A stretch of DNA of 46,003 bases, taken from contig JAZDGX010000086.1 in the NCBI GenBank assembly GCA_043806645.1, positions 1 to 46,003 of the forward strand, written 5' to 3'. Made by a program: the position numbers and the translations under genes. The notes under the pieces were generated by a model, which was given only the letters and a program-made list of their open reading frames with translations, was not told where the DNA came from and ran no database searches. Numbering within the stretch: position 1 is the first letter of the stretch; each line of letters begins with the position of its first letter. Positions 9,320 to 19,542 of the stretch are shown here, in pieces. The stretch is from Candidatus Eiseniibacteriota bacterium (GTDB lineage: Bacteria > Eisenbacteria > RBG-16-71-46 > CAIMUX01 > WJJG01).

Positions 9320-11266
9320 TTACCAGCCGGTTGCCGGGCGGCCGGAAAAGGACGGGGACCACAGGATCTCCTCCGCGTGGGAGGGAGGGAGGGAAAGAAC
9401 CGTCGTGGCGATCGACCTCCCCTCCAGATCGTGGAGGCGAATGTGGTGAAGGCCCGGCAGGGTGCGTGTGAATTCGATGCGCAGCGGCGCTCGCGACGGG
9501 GAGGGTACCCGGAAGACCAATTCCACTCTCGTCGTCTCCGCTGCGGAATCGGGTTCGGGCAAGCGCAAGAGGCCCCAGACGCAGCCGTCGCTCACTTCGG
9601 GGCCTTCCGTTTCGGCACCCCAGGCAAGGAGGCGGCGGAGTTCGTCGACGGTCCAATGAAAGTCGAAGAATCCGCCCGGTGGCGCCGCTTCCAGCAGCAG
9701 GGCGGCGGCCCCCGCCGCGTGGGGACACGCGGCCGAGGTGCCCCCGAAGGTCGCGATCGTCGCCGTCTGCACGCGGTCGGGGCCGCAGAGCTCCGGTTTG
9801 GGTACGCCTGCCTGGTTCGGCCCCTGCGAGCTGAAATCCTCGAGCGAGCCCTCCAGAACGCGGTAGGCGCCCACCGCCAGGACCTCGGGCACATCGGCGG
9901 GGATCACGATGCTGCCCTGGGCCGTTCCATGCTCGCCGATCGGGTGGCCGTCGAGGCGGAACAGGCGCAGGTGAGCCTCCTCGGTTCCCCGCACGCGCCG
10001 CAGCCGGACGTCGACCACGCTCGCAGGGTGGCTACGCGAGAAGCTGATGTCGTGGTAGGCATAGGGCCAGGTGGCCCCGTAGAGATCGTCGCTCGAAATG
10101 GCCCTCGCGCCGTCCTCCCAAATCTCGACCGCGAAGGTCAGAGCCGTCGAGTAGGGCCAACGATCCCAGGTGAGAATGAAATCGAATCCGGATCCCCCCT
10201 CGCCGGCCGCGTAATGAATGGACTCGTCTCCCACGGCGAATTCGTTCAGACCGTCGGTATCGGCGTCCTGAAAGTCGCCCTCCCAGTACGCATCGGCCTG
10301 GTTTCCCGCGGCGTTCACCCAGAGCATGCCGTCTTCACAAGCGCCTCTGGCGATGTCGCTGACCGTGCCCGTGCCGTCGCCGGGCCCGAAGAACCACCCG
10401 ATGGAATGGGAGATGACCGAAACGCCCTCGCCGCGGAGCCAGTCGACGGCGGCCGCCAGATCCACCGGCGTGAAGATGTTGACGAGGTAGAGCTGCGCAC
10501 CGGGAGCCACATCGTGGACGATCTCTGCGCAGGCGGTACCATGATCATCGCCTCCACCGGTCAGATCCCCCTCGCCCGCGGGGCTCTGATAGAAGGAACG
10601 TGTCTCGGTGTCGACGGGGATCTCGGTGCCCCAGATCTGCGCCAGGTTTGCGAAACCGAGATCGACGACTCCCACGCGGATTCCCTGGCCGTCGAGTCCG
10701 CGCTGGTGATATCGCTGCGCGCCGATCTCGCCCGTCCCCTGGGAAACGATCGCCCCCGACCGTGGGTCGGCCGGGGAAGGGTGCGGCTCGGCGAGCGAGA
10801 TACCCTTGGGAGGGAGCATGGCGAAGGTGAGGCAGGGCATGCCTCCCAACGCCGGCAGCTCCGCCAGATCGAGTGTGATCTGGGCCCAGGGACCCACATG
10901 CCCCTCCCAACGGGCGGAGGGGACGCCGCGCAGGAATTCCTCGCGCAGGGCTTGCGCGTCTCCGCAGTTGCCGCCCGTATCGATCATGAGGCGGATCCTA
11001 CCCATCTGCGCGAGACGGTCGTCGAGATCGAACCCCGGGCCTCCAGCGCCGCGAGCGCCCTGCGGCTGCGCGGAGGGCTGGTAGAGTCTCAACGCGCGGG
11101 GATCGATGCGCGTCGTCCAGGCAGAGGCCGAGCGTTCAGGCTGGGCGGCCCCGGCCTCGTTCGCGGGGAGCGAAGCGGCGTTTGCGAGCAGGAACGCGGC
11201 GCCCGCCAGCCAGAGCAGCGCCGGCCGGGAACCGGCAAGGAGTACCCTCCGCGCGAATGCCCGCAT
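9320..11266 (-). CDS. secreted subtilisin-like serine protease (peptidase S8) with a FlgD-Ig/T9SS-like C-terminal domain, truncated by TAA
   Basis: ATG 11266 gives the signal-like N-terminus MRAFARRVLLAGSRPALLWLAGAAFLLANAASL. The catalytic triad contexts are VGVVDLGF (Asp), DDHGTACAEIV (His) and GGTSAACPHAAGAAALLLE (Ser). The C-terminal domain reads PSPSRAPLRIEF...IRLHDLEGRS...ILW...GRPATGW-stop. Confidence 0.85.
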   Translation of the reverse strand: MRAFARRVLLAGSRPALLWLAGAAFLLANAASLPANEAGAAQPERSASAWTTRIDPRALRLYQPSAQPQGARGAGGPGFDLDDRLAQMGRIRLMIDTGGNCGDAQALREEFLRGVPSARWEGHVGPWAQITLDLAELPALGGMPCLTFAMLPPKGISLAEPHPSPADPRSGAIVSQGTGEIGAQRYHQRGLDGQGIRVGVVDLGFANLAQIWGTEIPVDTETRSFYQSPAGEGDLTGGGDDHGTACAEIVHDVAPGAQLYLVNIFTPVDLAAAVDWLRGEGVSVISHSIGWFFGPGDGTGTVSDIARGACEDGMLWVNAAGNQADAYWEGDFQDADTDGLNEFAVGDESIHYAAGEGGSGFDFILTWDRWPYSTALTFAVEIWEDGARAISSDDLYGATWPYAYHDISFSRSHPASVVDVRLRRVRGTEEAHLRLFRLDGHPIGEHGTAQGSIVIPADVPEVLAVGAYRVLEGSLEDFSSQGPNQAGVPKPELCGPDRVQTATIATFGGTSAACPHAAGAAALLLEAAPPGGFFDFHWTVDELRRLLAWGAETEGPEVSDGCVWGLLRLPEPDSAAETTRVELVFRVPSPSRAPLRIEFTRTLPGLHHIRLHDLEGRSIATTVLSLPPSHAEEILWSPSFSGRPATGW

Positions 11267-11286
11267 GTTTCCCTCCGCGAAATCCC

Positions 11287-11925
11287 TCACGGCCGTCCGA
11301 ACGGGGTCCAGCACAATCTCAGCCCGCTCCACCCGCCTTCCATCGGGGTTTCGCGCTCGCGATTGCCGCGCGCCGTGGCGCGATCCGCCGAGGTCCAATT
11401 CCAATCGGCAGCGAGGCCCACCGAGCCGGCTCCGCCGAGGCGCGCCCACAGCTCGCCCATCACTCCGGCCGCCAGCCAGCTTGCCGTGGAGTGTCCCGTC
11501 GCATCGATCTGCGCCTCGCTGACCGTGGCGTTCCACTCTTCGCGCAACCCGGCCCATGTGAACTGCGGTCCCACTCGAATCATCCATGTGCCATTCAGGT
11601 GCTGTTCCCAGGGGATTTGGAGCATCACCGGGAGAAAGAGCACCTGTGTCTCGCTCGCGGCCAGGAATCCGTCCGGATCCCGGTGGGAGGCCCAAGAGCA
11701 GGCGACCGCGAGCGTGGGGGAGATCTGGGAGAGCCCGTGGCCACGAAGGATGAAGACAAGTTGGGGCAGCCGATCGTAGAGCGAACGCAGATCCGCATCG
11801 TGGAAGCGGAGGATGCCCGTCCCGATGGATGGCGGGCCTACCTTCAGCGATGCACGCGCAGGACCTGCAAGAGCCAGAGCGAGCAGGATCAGCAGGCAGA
11901 GCGGCGTTCGTTTTCCAGAGGTCAT
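11287..11925 (-). CDS. hypothetical secreted protein, possibly an outer-membrane beta-barrel
   Basis: ATG 11925 gives MTSGKRTPLCLLILLALALAGPARA (signal peptide). The remainder has alternating aromatic/Gly-rich segments and lies 20 nt upstream of the S8 protease gene on the same strand. No family recognised. Confidence 0.45.
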   Translation of the reverse strand: MTSGKRTPLCLLILLALALAGPARASLKVGPPSIGTGILRFHDADLRSLYDRLPQLVFILRGHGLSQISPTLAVACSWASHRDPDGFLAASETQVLFLPVMLQIPWEQHLNGTWMIRVGPQFTWAGLREEWNATVSEAQIDATGHSTASWLAAGVMGELWARLGGAGSVGLAADWNWTSADRATARGNRERETPMEGGWSGLRLCWTPFGRP

Positions 11926-12458
11926 CTCAGTCCCTCGACGAAGGCCCGACCGGCAGGCCGGGCTTGGTAGACGCAGCCACCCTTCGGACCCGATTCGATC
12001 CGGAGCAGGCCGGGGCATCGCGTCGACCATAAGGAAAACCGGATGCGAGCGCAACGGCCCGGCCTCCGCGGGCGGGAATGCCGGGAATCCACGCATGGCG
12101 GTGGATTTCTGTGGCCCCCTTCGTATCGCGGCGAGGGCGAGGTCCGCACGTTGGAAAAGCGCATGTCGTTGTAACGGGCTGTGCCGGAATCGGAAAGGGT
12201 CAGTGGTTGATGTCGAATCTCAAGCCGGAGCGCCGGGGTTCCGGGAGCTTCCGCATGGCACGGGTCGTGCGCTGTTCTGGTCGGTGCTGCTCTCTCACAG
12301 CATCCTGGAACCGCCCGAGGGCGGGGCTCGGACCGGGCAGGCGAGTGCGGGGATTCGTGGCGGCAAGGCATCCTGGGTTGGGCGTATGGATTCTGCCCGC
12401 CGCGGTTTTCGGCCTCGGTCAAGTCCGGTCCGAGGCCCTCGGATCTGGTGAATGACAG

Positions 12459-12488
12459 TTGACTTCCGGCCGTCCGAACCGGTAGTCT
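12459..12488 (+). promoter_or_regulatory. sigma-70-like promoter candidate upstream of rpsU
   Basis: TTGACT-N18-TAGTCT, 97 nt upstream of the rpsU ATG. The same N18 architecture recurs at four other intergenic sites. Confidence 0.35.
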
Positions 12489-12585
12489 GCCCTCAAACGG
12501 CTCGCTGCGCCCCGGCGTGGCGGGTCAATCTTGTTGGGTCCGCATCTGGTCCCGCACAACCCTGTAGGAAGGGGGCGATCGTTCG

Positions 12586-12777
12586 ATGCCCGGAGTTCGG
12601 GTCAAGGAGGGAGAGTCCTTCGAAAGCGCTCTCCGCCGCTTCAAGAAAAAATGCGAAAAGGCCGGTATTCTCTCGGACCTCCGCAAGCACCAGCACTTCG
12701 AGAAGCCGAGTGAGAGGCGCAAGCGCAAGGAAAACGCCGCACGCCGCAAGGCGGTCTCCCGAAGCCGGAGCCGGTAG
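12586..12777 (+). CDS. rpsU: 30S ribosomal protein S21
   Basis: [48 protein letters not shown] is a full-length S21 signature. GGAAGGGGG lies upstream. Confidence 0.95.
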   Translation: MPGVRVKEGESFESALRRFKKKCEKAGILSDLRKHQHFEKPSERRKRKENAARRKAVSRSRSR

Positions 12778-12890
12778 AGGGGCAGCGTTCCGCATCGCCG
12801 CGATCCGTCATTTCATCCGCCGCCGCACGGGGTGACTTCCGCGTCATCGCGTGCTCTGGTGGTTCTTCATCCCCGATCCCGGAGGAACGG

Positions 12891-15386
12891 GTGGACCAGC
12901 ACGCCCTGGAGTCTCTCGAGTTCCTCCGCATCCGCGATCTCCTTGTCGAGCGGGCCGCCTCGGTCCGGGGACGTGAGCGGGCGGCCGCCCTGCGTCCGAT
13001 CGAGGACTTGGAGGGGGTGCGTGAGACGCTGGCGACGGTCGGCGAAGCGTGGGCCCTCGTCTTCTCCGAGCCCACATGGCCGCGCCTTGCCGTGACGGAC
13101 CTGCGTCCGGCTCTCGCGCGAGCGGCCGTCGCGGGCGCGCTGCTCGAGCCGCCCGAGCTTCTCGCGATCGCGCGACTGCTCTCCGTTGCGCGCGAAGCGC
13201 AGCGCTTCTTTGCTACACCGGCGGCCCTGGCCGCTCGGCCGCGTCTCGCGCGATTTGCCGCGCAGCTCTTCGTGGAGCGAGCCTTCGAGGAACGGGTCGA
13301 ACGCACCTTCGAGCCTTCGGGAGAGATGAGCGACCGCGCCAGCCCCGAACTGCACCGGCTACGGCGCGAGCTGCTGCGCCATCGGCAGCAGGCGAGCGGG
13401 CACCTGGAGGAGCTCAGCCGGCGTCTGGGGGCGGGTGAGGAACCGGTGGTCACCCTGCGGGGCGGGCGCTACGTCCTGGGCGTGGCCGCGGCCGAGAAGC
13501 GGCGGGTCAAAGGCATCGTGCACGACCGTTCGGCGACGGGCAAGACGGTCTTCCTCGAGCCGCTCGAGATCATCGAAGTCAACAACGCCCTCGCCGAACT
13601 GGAAGCCGACGAGCGGCAGGAGATCCGCCGCATCCTGCTCGAGCTGACTTCCTGGGTGGGCGAACGGACGGCACTTCTGCAGGAGACGCTCGAGGCTCTC
13701 GGGGCCCTGGATGAATTCGATGCGCGCGCCCGGCTGGCGCGCGACCTGCGCGGCTCCCTTCCCGTGATCGACGAACGCTCCACGCTGCTGCGTATCGTCC
13801 AGGGCCGGCATCCGCTCCTCCATCTCGCGCTGGGGGAGCGCGTCGTGCCGCTCGATCTCACCTTGGAGGGCGACCGGCGCGGTGTCATCGTGAGCGGCCC
13901 GAACATGGGCGGCAAGACGGTGGTTCTAAAGACCGTCGGCCTGCTTTCGCTGATGGCGTTGGCGGGACTCTACGTTCCGGCACGCGAAGGTACGGTGATT
14001 CCCTGGGTCGGCGACGTGCTCGTCGATATCGGCGACGAGCAGTCGCTCGATTCGGATCTGAGCACCTACGGCGCCCGCCTGCGCAACATGGAGGCGATGC
14101 TCGCCCGCGCGAACGACCGGACGCTCGTGCTGGTCGACGAACTTGGGGCGGGGACCGATCCGGAGGAGGGCACGGCGCTGGGGCAGGCCCTGCTCGCCGA
14201 ACTGGGCCGGCGCAGGGCGTTGTGCGTGGTCACGACCCATCATGGGTCGTTCAAGAGCTTCGCCGCCGAGACGCCCGGCTTCGAGAACGCGGCCGTCGAG
14301 TACGATCCCGAGAGCCTGCGACCCACCTTCCGCCTGCGCATCGGTCTGCCCGGGCGTTCGCATGCCTTCGAGCTGGCCCGCCGGGAAGGCTGGCCCGAGG
14401 CGATCCTCGGCGAGGCGCGCCGGCTCCTCTCGCGGGGGACCGGGGAGACCGACGAACTCCTCGCGCGTGTCGATGCCCACCGGATCGAGCTGGAGCGCGC
14501 CCATCAGAAGCTGAAGGAGCAGGAGGCCGCCCTGGAACAGGAGCGCGGTGAGTTCCGCAGGCTCTCACAGGGTTTCCGCGAACGGATGGAAGATGTGCGG
14601 ATCGCGAAGGCGGTCGAGGAGGACCGCCGGCTGCGCTCCATTCAGGAACTTCTGCAAGCGCTGCGGGCGAATCTCGAAGAACTGGAGCGGGGGGCCGCAC
14701 GCGAGGATCTCGACCAGACGCGCCGGACGATCCACGCCCGCGAGCGGGAGGCAGCCGAACTGGCCAAGAACCAGCGGCCCATCCCGCGCCGCTCAGCGGC
14801 GAAGCCCAGGGCCCCCCTCCCGGCGATGGAGATCGCGCCCGGCCGCAGGGCCTACTCCCGCAGCCTCGGTGTCGACGTGAAGATCCTGGAAGGCGAATCG
14901 GGAGCGGACCGTGTGTGGGTCGTGCACCGCGGCATGCGTATCGCGCTCGCCACGCGCGATCTGCTCTCCCTGGGGGCGGAGGAACCGGAGTCGGCCGGCC
15001 CCGGTGGGAGCGGGACAGCGGTCGCCCGTGGCGGTTCGCGGGTATCCGCTGCCCCGCGGGACATTCGGGAAGAGGTGCAGGCCCAGATCCATGCCGAGAT
15101 CGACCTGCGCGGGCTGAGCGCGCAGGAGTGTCGCGAGCGGTTGGACCTCTATCTGGACCGGGCGATCCTGGCCGGCTATCCCCGCGTGCGGATCATCCAT
15201 GGCAAGGGAGAGGGGATTCTCAGGCGGACCGTGCAGCAGATGCTCAAGGAGCACCGGCTGGTGAGGGACTACCGGGACGGAGAAGGGGCCGAGGGGGGTT
15301 GGGGAGTCACAATCGCGCTGCTCGGGGAACCGGGAACCGGCGCCGCAGACACACCCGCTGCGGGAAGCGGATCGGGCGAGGGATGA
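12891..15386 (+). CDS. mutS2: endonuclease MutS2 (MutS domain V ATPase plus C-terminal Smr domain)
   Basis: GTG 12891 with GGAGG 5 nt upstream. Walker A reads VSGPNMGGKTVVLK; also LVLVDELGAGTDPEEG. The C-terminal Smr domain reads IDLRGLSAQECRERLDLYLDRAILAGYPRVRIIHGKGEGILR. Confidence 0.9.
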   Translation: MDQHALESLEFLRIRDLLVERAASVRGRERAAALRPIEDLEGVRETLATVGEAWALVFSEPTWPRLAVTDLRPALARAAVAGALLEPPELLAIARLLSVAREAQRFFATPAALAARPRLARFAAQLFVERAFEERVERTFEPSGEMSDRASPELHRLRRELLRHRQQASGHLEELSRRLGAGEEPVVTLRGGRYVLGVAAAEKRRVKGIVHDRSATGKTVFLEPLEIIEVNNALAELEADERQEIRRILLELTSWVGERTALLQETLEALGALDEFDARARLARDLRGSLPVIDERSTLLRIVQGRHPLLHLALGERVVPLDLTLEGDRRGVIVSGPNMGGKTVVLKTVGLLSLMALAGLYVPAREGTVIPWVGDVLVDIGDEQSLDSDLSTYGARLRNMEAMLARANDRTLVLVDELGAGTDPEEGTALGQALLAELGRRRALCVVTTHHGSFKSFAAETPGFENAAVEYDPESLRPTFRLRIGLPGRSHAFELARREGWPEAILGEARRLLSRGTGETDELLARVDAHRIELERAHQKLKEQEAALEQERGEFRRLSQGFRERMEDVRIAKAVEEDRRLRSIQELLQALRANLEELERGAAREDLDQTRRTIHAREREAAELAKNQRPIPRRSAAKPRAPLPAMEIAPGRRAYSRSLGVDVKILEGESGADRVWVVHRGMRIALATRDLLSLGAEEPESAGPGGSGTAVARGGSRVSAAPRDIREEVQAQIHAEIDLRGLSAQECRERLDLYLDRAILAGYPRVRIIHGKGEGILRRTVQQMLKEHRLVRDYRDGEGAEGGWGVTIALLGEPGTGAADTPAAGSGSGEG

Positions 15387-15432
15387 CGAGCGGAGGTTCC
15401 TGAAGCGTCTTCGGTTCGGAGGATGCGCATCC

Positions 15433-17241
15433 ATGGCAGGGCACGATCGCGACGTCGTCGTGGAAAGAGTCCGCGAGGCGGTCGATATCGTCGAGTGGAT
15501 CGGGACCCATGTCGAGCTGCGTCCGGCGGGGCGCAACTTCAAGGCGCGTTGTCCGTTTCACCAGGAAAAGACGCCCTCCTTCATCGTCAGTCCCGACAAA
15601 CAGGTCTTTCACTGCTTCGGCTGCGGGGTGGGGGGCGACGTCTTCAGCTTCGTCATGAAGCATGACGGGCTTTCCTTCCCGGAGGCTCTCGAGCTCCTCG
15701 CACGCCGCGCAGGGATCGCCTTGCCCGAGCGCGCGGAGCGCGAGGGACCGAACAAGGCCGAGTTGATCGCGGCGCTGCGCGAGGCGGTGCGCTTCTACCG
15801 GGGGCAGTTGCGCTCGGCGGCGGCCGAGGTCGCGACAACATACTTGCGCAATCGCGGGATGCCGGGCCGGATTCTCGATCTCTACTACGTCGGCTATGCG
15901 CCGCCGGAGGGGCGCGCGCTCCTCGATCACCTGTCGTCGCGCTTCTCGCGAGAAGTACTGACCCAGGCCGACCTGATCGGGGCCACCGAAGAGGGACGCC
16001 TCTACGATCGCTTCCGCGGGCGCATCATGATGCCGATTCTGGGGCGCAGCGGGGAACCGATCGCTTTTGGGGCGCGGGCGATCAAGCCCGAGACGGAACC
16101 CAAATACCTGAACTCCCGCGAGACGGCGGTCTATCGCAAGCGCGGCGAGTTGTTCGGGCTGCCGCAGGCGCGCCAGGCGATTCGCAAGACCGGCGCGGTG
16201 TTGGTGGTGGAAGGCTACTTCGACGTCCTCAGCCTCGCTGGCGCCGGCCTCTATCATGCCGTCGCTCCCTGCGGCACGGCCTGGAGGATGGAGCACACCG
16301 AGAGCCTTCTCAGGCTGCGGGAGGGCTCTCGCATCATCTTCCTGTTCGATGGGGACGCCGCGGGGCGCACGGCCGGCTGGCGCGCCCTGGGCGCGACGCT
16401 GCCGCGGCACGTCGAGGTCGAGATGGCCCTGCTGCCCCCGGGCAAGGATCCGGATGATCTGGTGCGCGGGGGAGAGGTGGAGCGGTTGAAGGAGGTACTG
16501 GCGGCGCCGCTTACGCCGGTGGCCTTCGGGATCGAGGTACTGCGCGGCGAAGGGCTGGCCGGTTCGGCGCTGCTTACGCGCATTGCCGAGATGGTCTCCC
16601 GGGTGGGCCAGGGCATCGCCCGGGAAATGATGATCGATGAGGTTGCGGAACGCGGGCGCCTTCCGGTGCGTACACTGCGGCGGGAAGTGGAGGCCCTGCG
16701 ATCGCGCCTCGACCGCCGTTCTCCCGGCACGGCACCCTCCGATCCGCTCGGGTCCCCGCCCCCCCGGATGAGCCCGCTCGAGGAGCTGCTGCTGCGCCAA
16801 ATCCAAGCCGAGCCGGCGGCCGCGGGGGCACTCGTCGAGGCCGCCCGAGGGGTGCCGGGGGTCGGCGCGGGCGTGCGCAACGTTCTGGTTTGGGTCGAAG
16901 ACCGCATCCGGGAGGGGGACCCTCCCGCGCCGCCCGAGCTGCTGCGACGGGTCCGCGCCGAGCTGGGGGACGGGGTCGAAGCCGGCTTCCTGCTGGCCGA
17001 GGACCTGCCGGCCCCCAATGCGCGCCTCCGGCAGGATCTGCTGCGCCGTCTGCGCGAGCAGGCGCTCGAGGCGGAAAACGAGCGCATCGGGTATGAGATC
17101 CGCAGCCTGGAGAAGGAGGGCGCCGGGCCCACCGGAGGGGGGGGCTCCGGAGGTGAGCACCTGGCGGGACTCCTCGCTCGCAAGCAGGCGCTGGCCCAGG
17201 AGCTGGGGCGCCTCCGACAAGGGGAGGAGAGGACGGGCTAG
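15433..17241 (+). CDS. dnaG: DNA primase
   Basis: Zinc-ribbon CPFHQEKTPSFIVSPDKQVFHCFGCGVGGDVFSFV and the TOPRIM region VVVEGYFDVLSL...IFLFDGDAAG. Confidence 0.95.
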   Translation: MAGHDRDVVVERVREAVDIVEWIGTHVELRPAGRNFKARCPFHQEKTPSFIVSPDKQVFHCFGCGVGGDVFSFVMKHDGLSFPEALELLARRAGIALPERAEREGPNKAELIAALREAVRFYRGQLRSAAAEVATTYLRNRGMPGRILDLYYVGYAPPEGRALLDHLSSRFSREVLTQADLIGATEEGRLYDRFRGRIMMPILGRSGEPIAFGARAIKPETEPKYLNSRETAVYRKRGELFGLPQARQAIRKTGAVLVVEGYFDVLSLAGAGLYHAVAPCGTAWRMEHTESLLRLREGSRIIFLFDGDAAGRTAGWRALGATLPRHVEVEMALLPPGKDPDDLVRGGEVERLKEVLAAPLTPVAFGIEVLRGEGLAGSALLTRIAEMVSRVGQGIAREMMIDEVAERGRLPVRTLRREVEALRSRLDRRSPGTAPSDPLGSPPPRMSPLEELLLRQIQAEPAAAGALVEAARGVPGVGAGVRNVLVWVEDRIREGDPPAPPELLRRVRAELGDGVEAGFLLAEDLPAPNARLRQDLLRRLREQALEAENERIGYEIRSLEKEGAGPTGGGGSGGEHLAGLLARKQALAQELGRLRQGEERTG

Positions 17242-17259
17242 TTCGATCGCGCCGATGTG

Positions 17260-17289
17260 TGGACAAGACCTGCCCAATCGGGGTATAGT
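17260..17289 (+). promoter_or_regulatory. sigma-70-like promoter candidate upstream of rpoD
   Basis: TGGACA-N18-TATAGT. The -10 ends 9 nt before ATG 17299. Confidence 0.35.
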
Positions 17290-17298
17290 TGAAAGGTT

Positions 17299-19095
<1,797 letters not shown>

Positions 19096-19147
19096 GCAGT
19101 GCCCCGCCGGGTTCTGGCGGCGGGAGGAGCCCGGCCCCGAGGTCTCC

Positions 19148-19177
19148 TTGACCCTATCCCCGGGCATCTGCTAGATT
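19148..19177 (+). promoter_or_regulatory. sigma-70-like promoter candidate for the tRNA pair
   Basis: TTGACC-N18-TAGATT, 25 nt upstream of the first tRNA 5' end. Confidence 0.35.
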
Positions 19178-19202
19178 GCCGCTGCTTGCCGCGGCTCGGA
19201 GA

Positions 19203-19275
19203 GGGCCCATAGCTCAGGGGTTAGAGCCGCCGGCTCATAACCGGCTGGTCCTTGGTTCAAATCCAAGTGGGCCCA
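19203..19275 (+). tRNA. tRNA with CAU anticodon; elongator type, probably tRNA-Ile2 (lysidine) rather than tRNA-Met
   Basis: Hand-folded cloverleaf: acceptor GGGCCCA/TGGGCCC plus discriminator A, D stem GCTC/GAGC, anticodon stem GCCGG/CCGGC with loop CTCATAA, T arm CTTGG-TTCAAAT-CCAAG. G1-C72 is paired and only two G-C pairs abut the loop, so it is not an initiator. No encoded CCA. Confidence 0.85.
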
Positions 19276-19300
19276 ATACGGCGGGAGCATGGTTGCGAAC

Positions 19301-19373
19301 GGGCGGTTAGCTCAGCTGGCAGAGCATCGGCATCACAAGCCGGGGGTCACAGGTTCAAGTCCTGTACCGCCCA
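19301..19373 (+). tRNA. tRNA-Val (anticodon CAC)
   Basis: Hand-folded cloverleaf: acceptor GGGCGGT/ACCGCCC plus A, D stem GCTC/GAGC, anticodon stem TCGGC/GCCGG with loop ATCACAA, T arm ACAGG-TTCAAGT-CCTGT. Confidence 0.85.
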
Positions 19374-19417
19374 TGAAAGACGATCCGGTACCCGGCGGCG
19401 GGTCCCGGCGGGGAAAG

Positions 19418-19445
19418 GGCGCGCCGCGGAGCGCGCCTTTTTTTT
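19418..19445 (+). terminator. Rho-independent terminator after the tRNA pair
   Basis: GGCGCGC-CGCGGA-GCGCGCC followed by T8. This is the only long T-run in the window. Confidence 0.7.
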
Positions 19446-19542
19446 GTCCCGGCGGTTCACCCATCCCGGGTGCGCCACCCTTTTCGAGACCGGCCCCACG
19501 CCCCCGCGCGGGACACGCGAGCCGGAATCAGGTGAATTGAAC

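Noticed and set aside
9305-11779. 824-aa plus-strand ORF
   Set aside because: It is antisense to the S8 protease. It has no recognisable motifs and an Arg/Gly/Pro-rich composition typical of GC-rich shadow frames. The minus strand carries the complete Asp/His/Ser catalytic signature.
11813-12455. ORFs 11813-12451 (+), 11922-12422 (-) and 12078-12455 (+) in the long intergenic gap
   Set aside because: Their composition is Arg/Pro/Gly-rich with no SD, no motifs and mutual overlap. They are treated as non-coding, and the region is flagged as a finding.
12430-12460. Resemblance of CTCGGATCTGGTGAATGACAG to the TPP-riboswitch core (CCTGATCTGGATAATGCCAGCG)
   Set aside because: The obligatory CUGAGA element and the pairing partners are absent upstream, and the context (rpsU) is wrong.
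15307-17277. 656-aa minus-strand ORF
   Set aside because: It is antisense to dnaG (zinc ribbon and TOPRIM motifs lie on the plus strand). It is low-complexity and Arg/Pro-rich.
19203-19275. Initiator tRNA-fMet assignment for the CAU tRNA
   Set aside because: Positions 1-72 are paired (G-C), and the anticodon stem lacks the three consecutive G-C pairs next to the loop.
19252-19542. 5' extension of the zinc-ribbon ORF
   Set aside because: It reads straight through two tRNA genes and an intrinsic terminator. The real start is ATG 19543, which has an SD.
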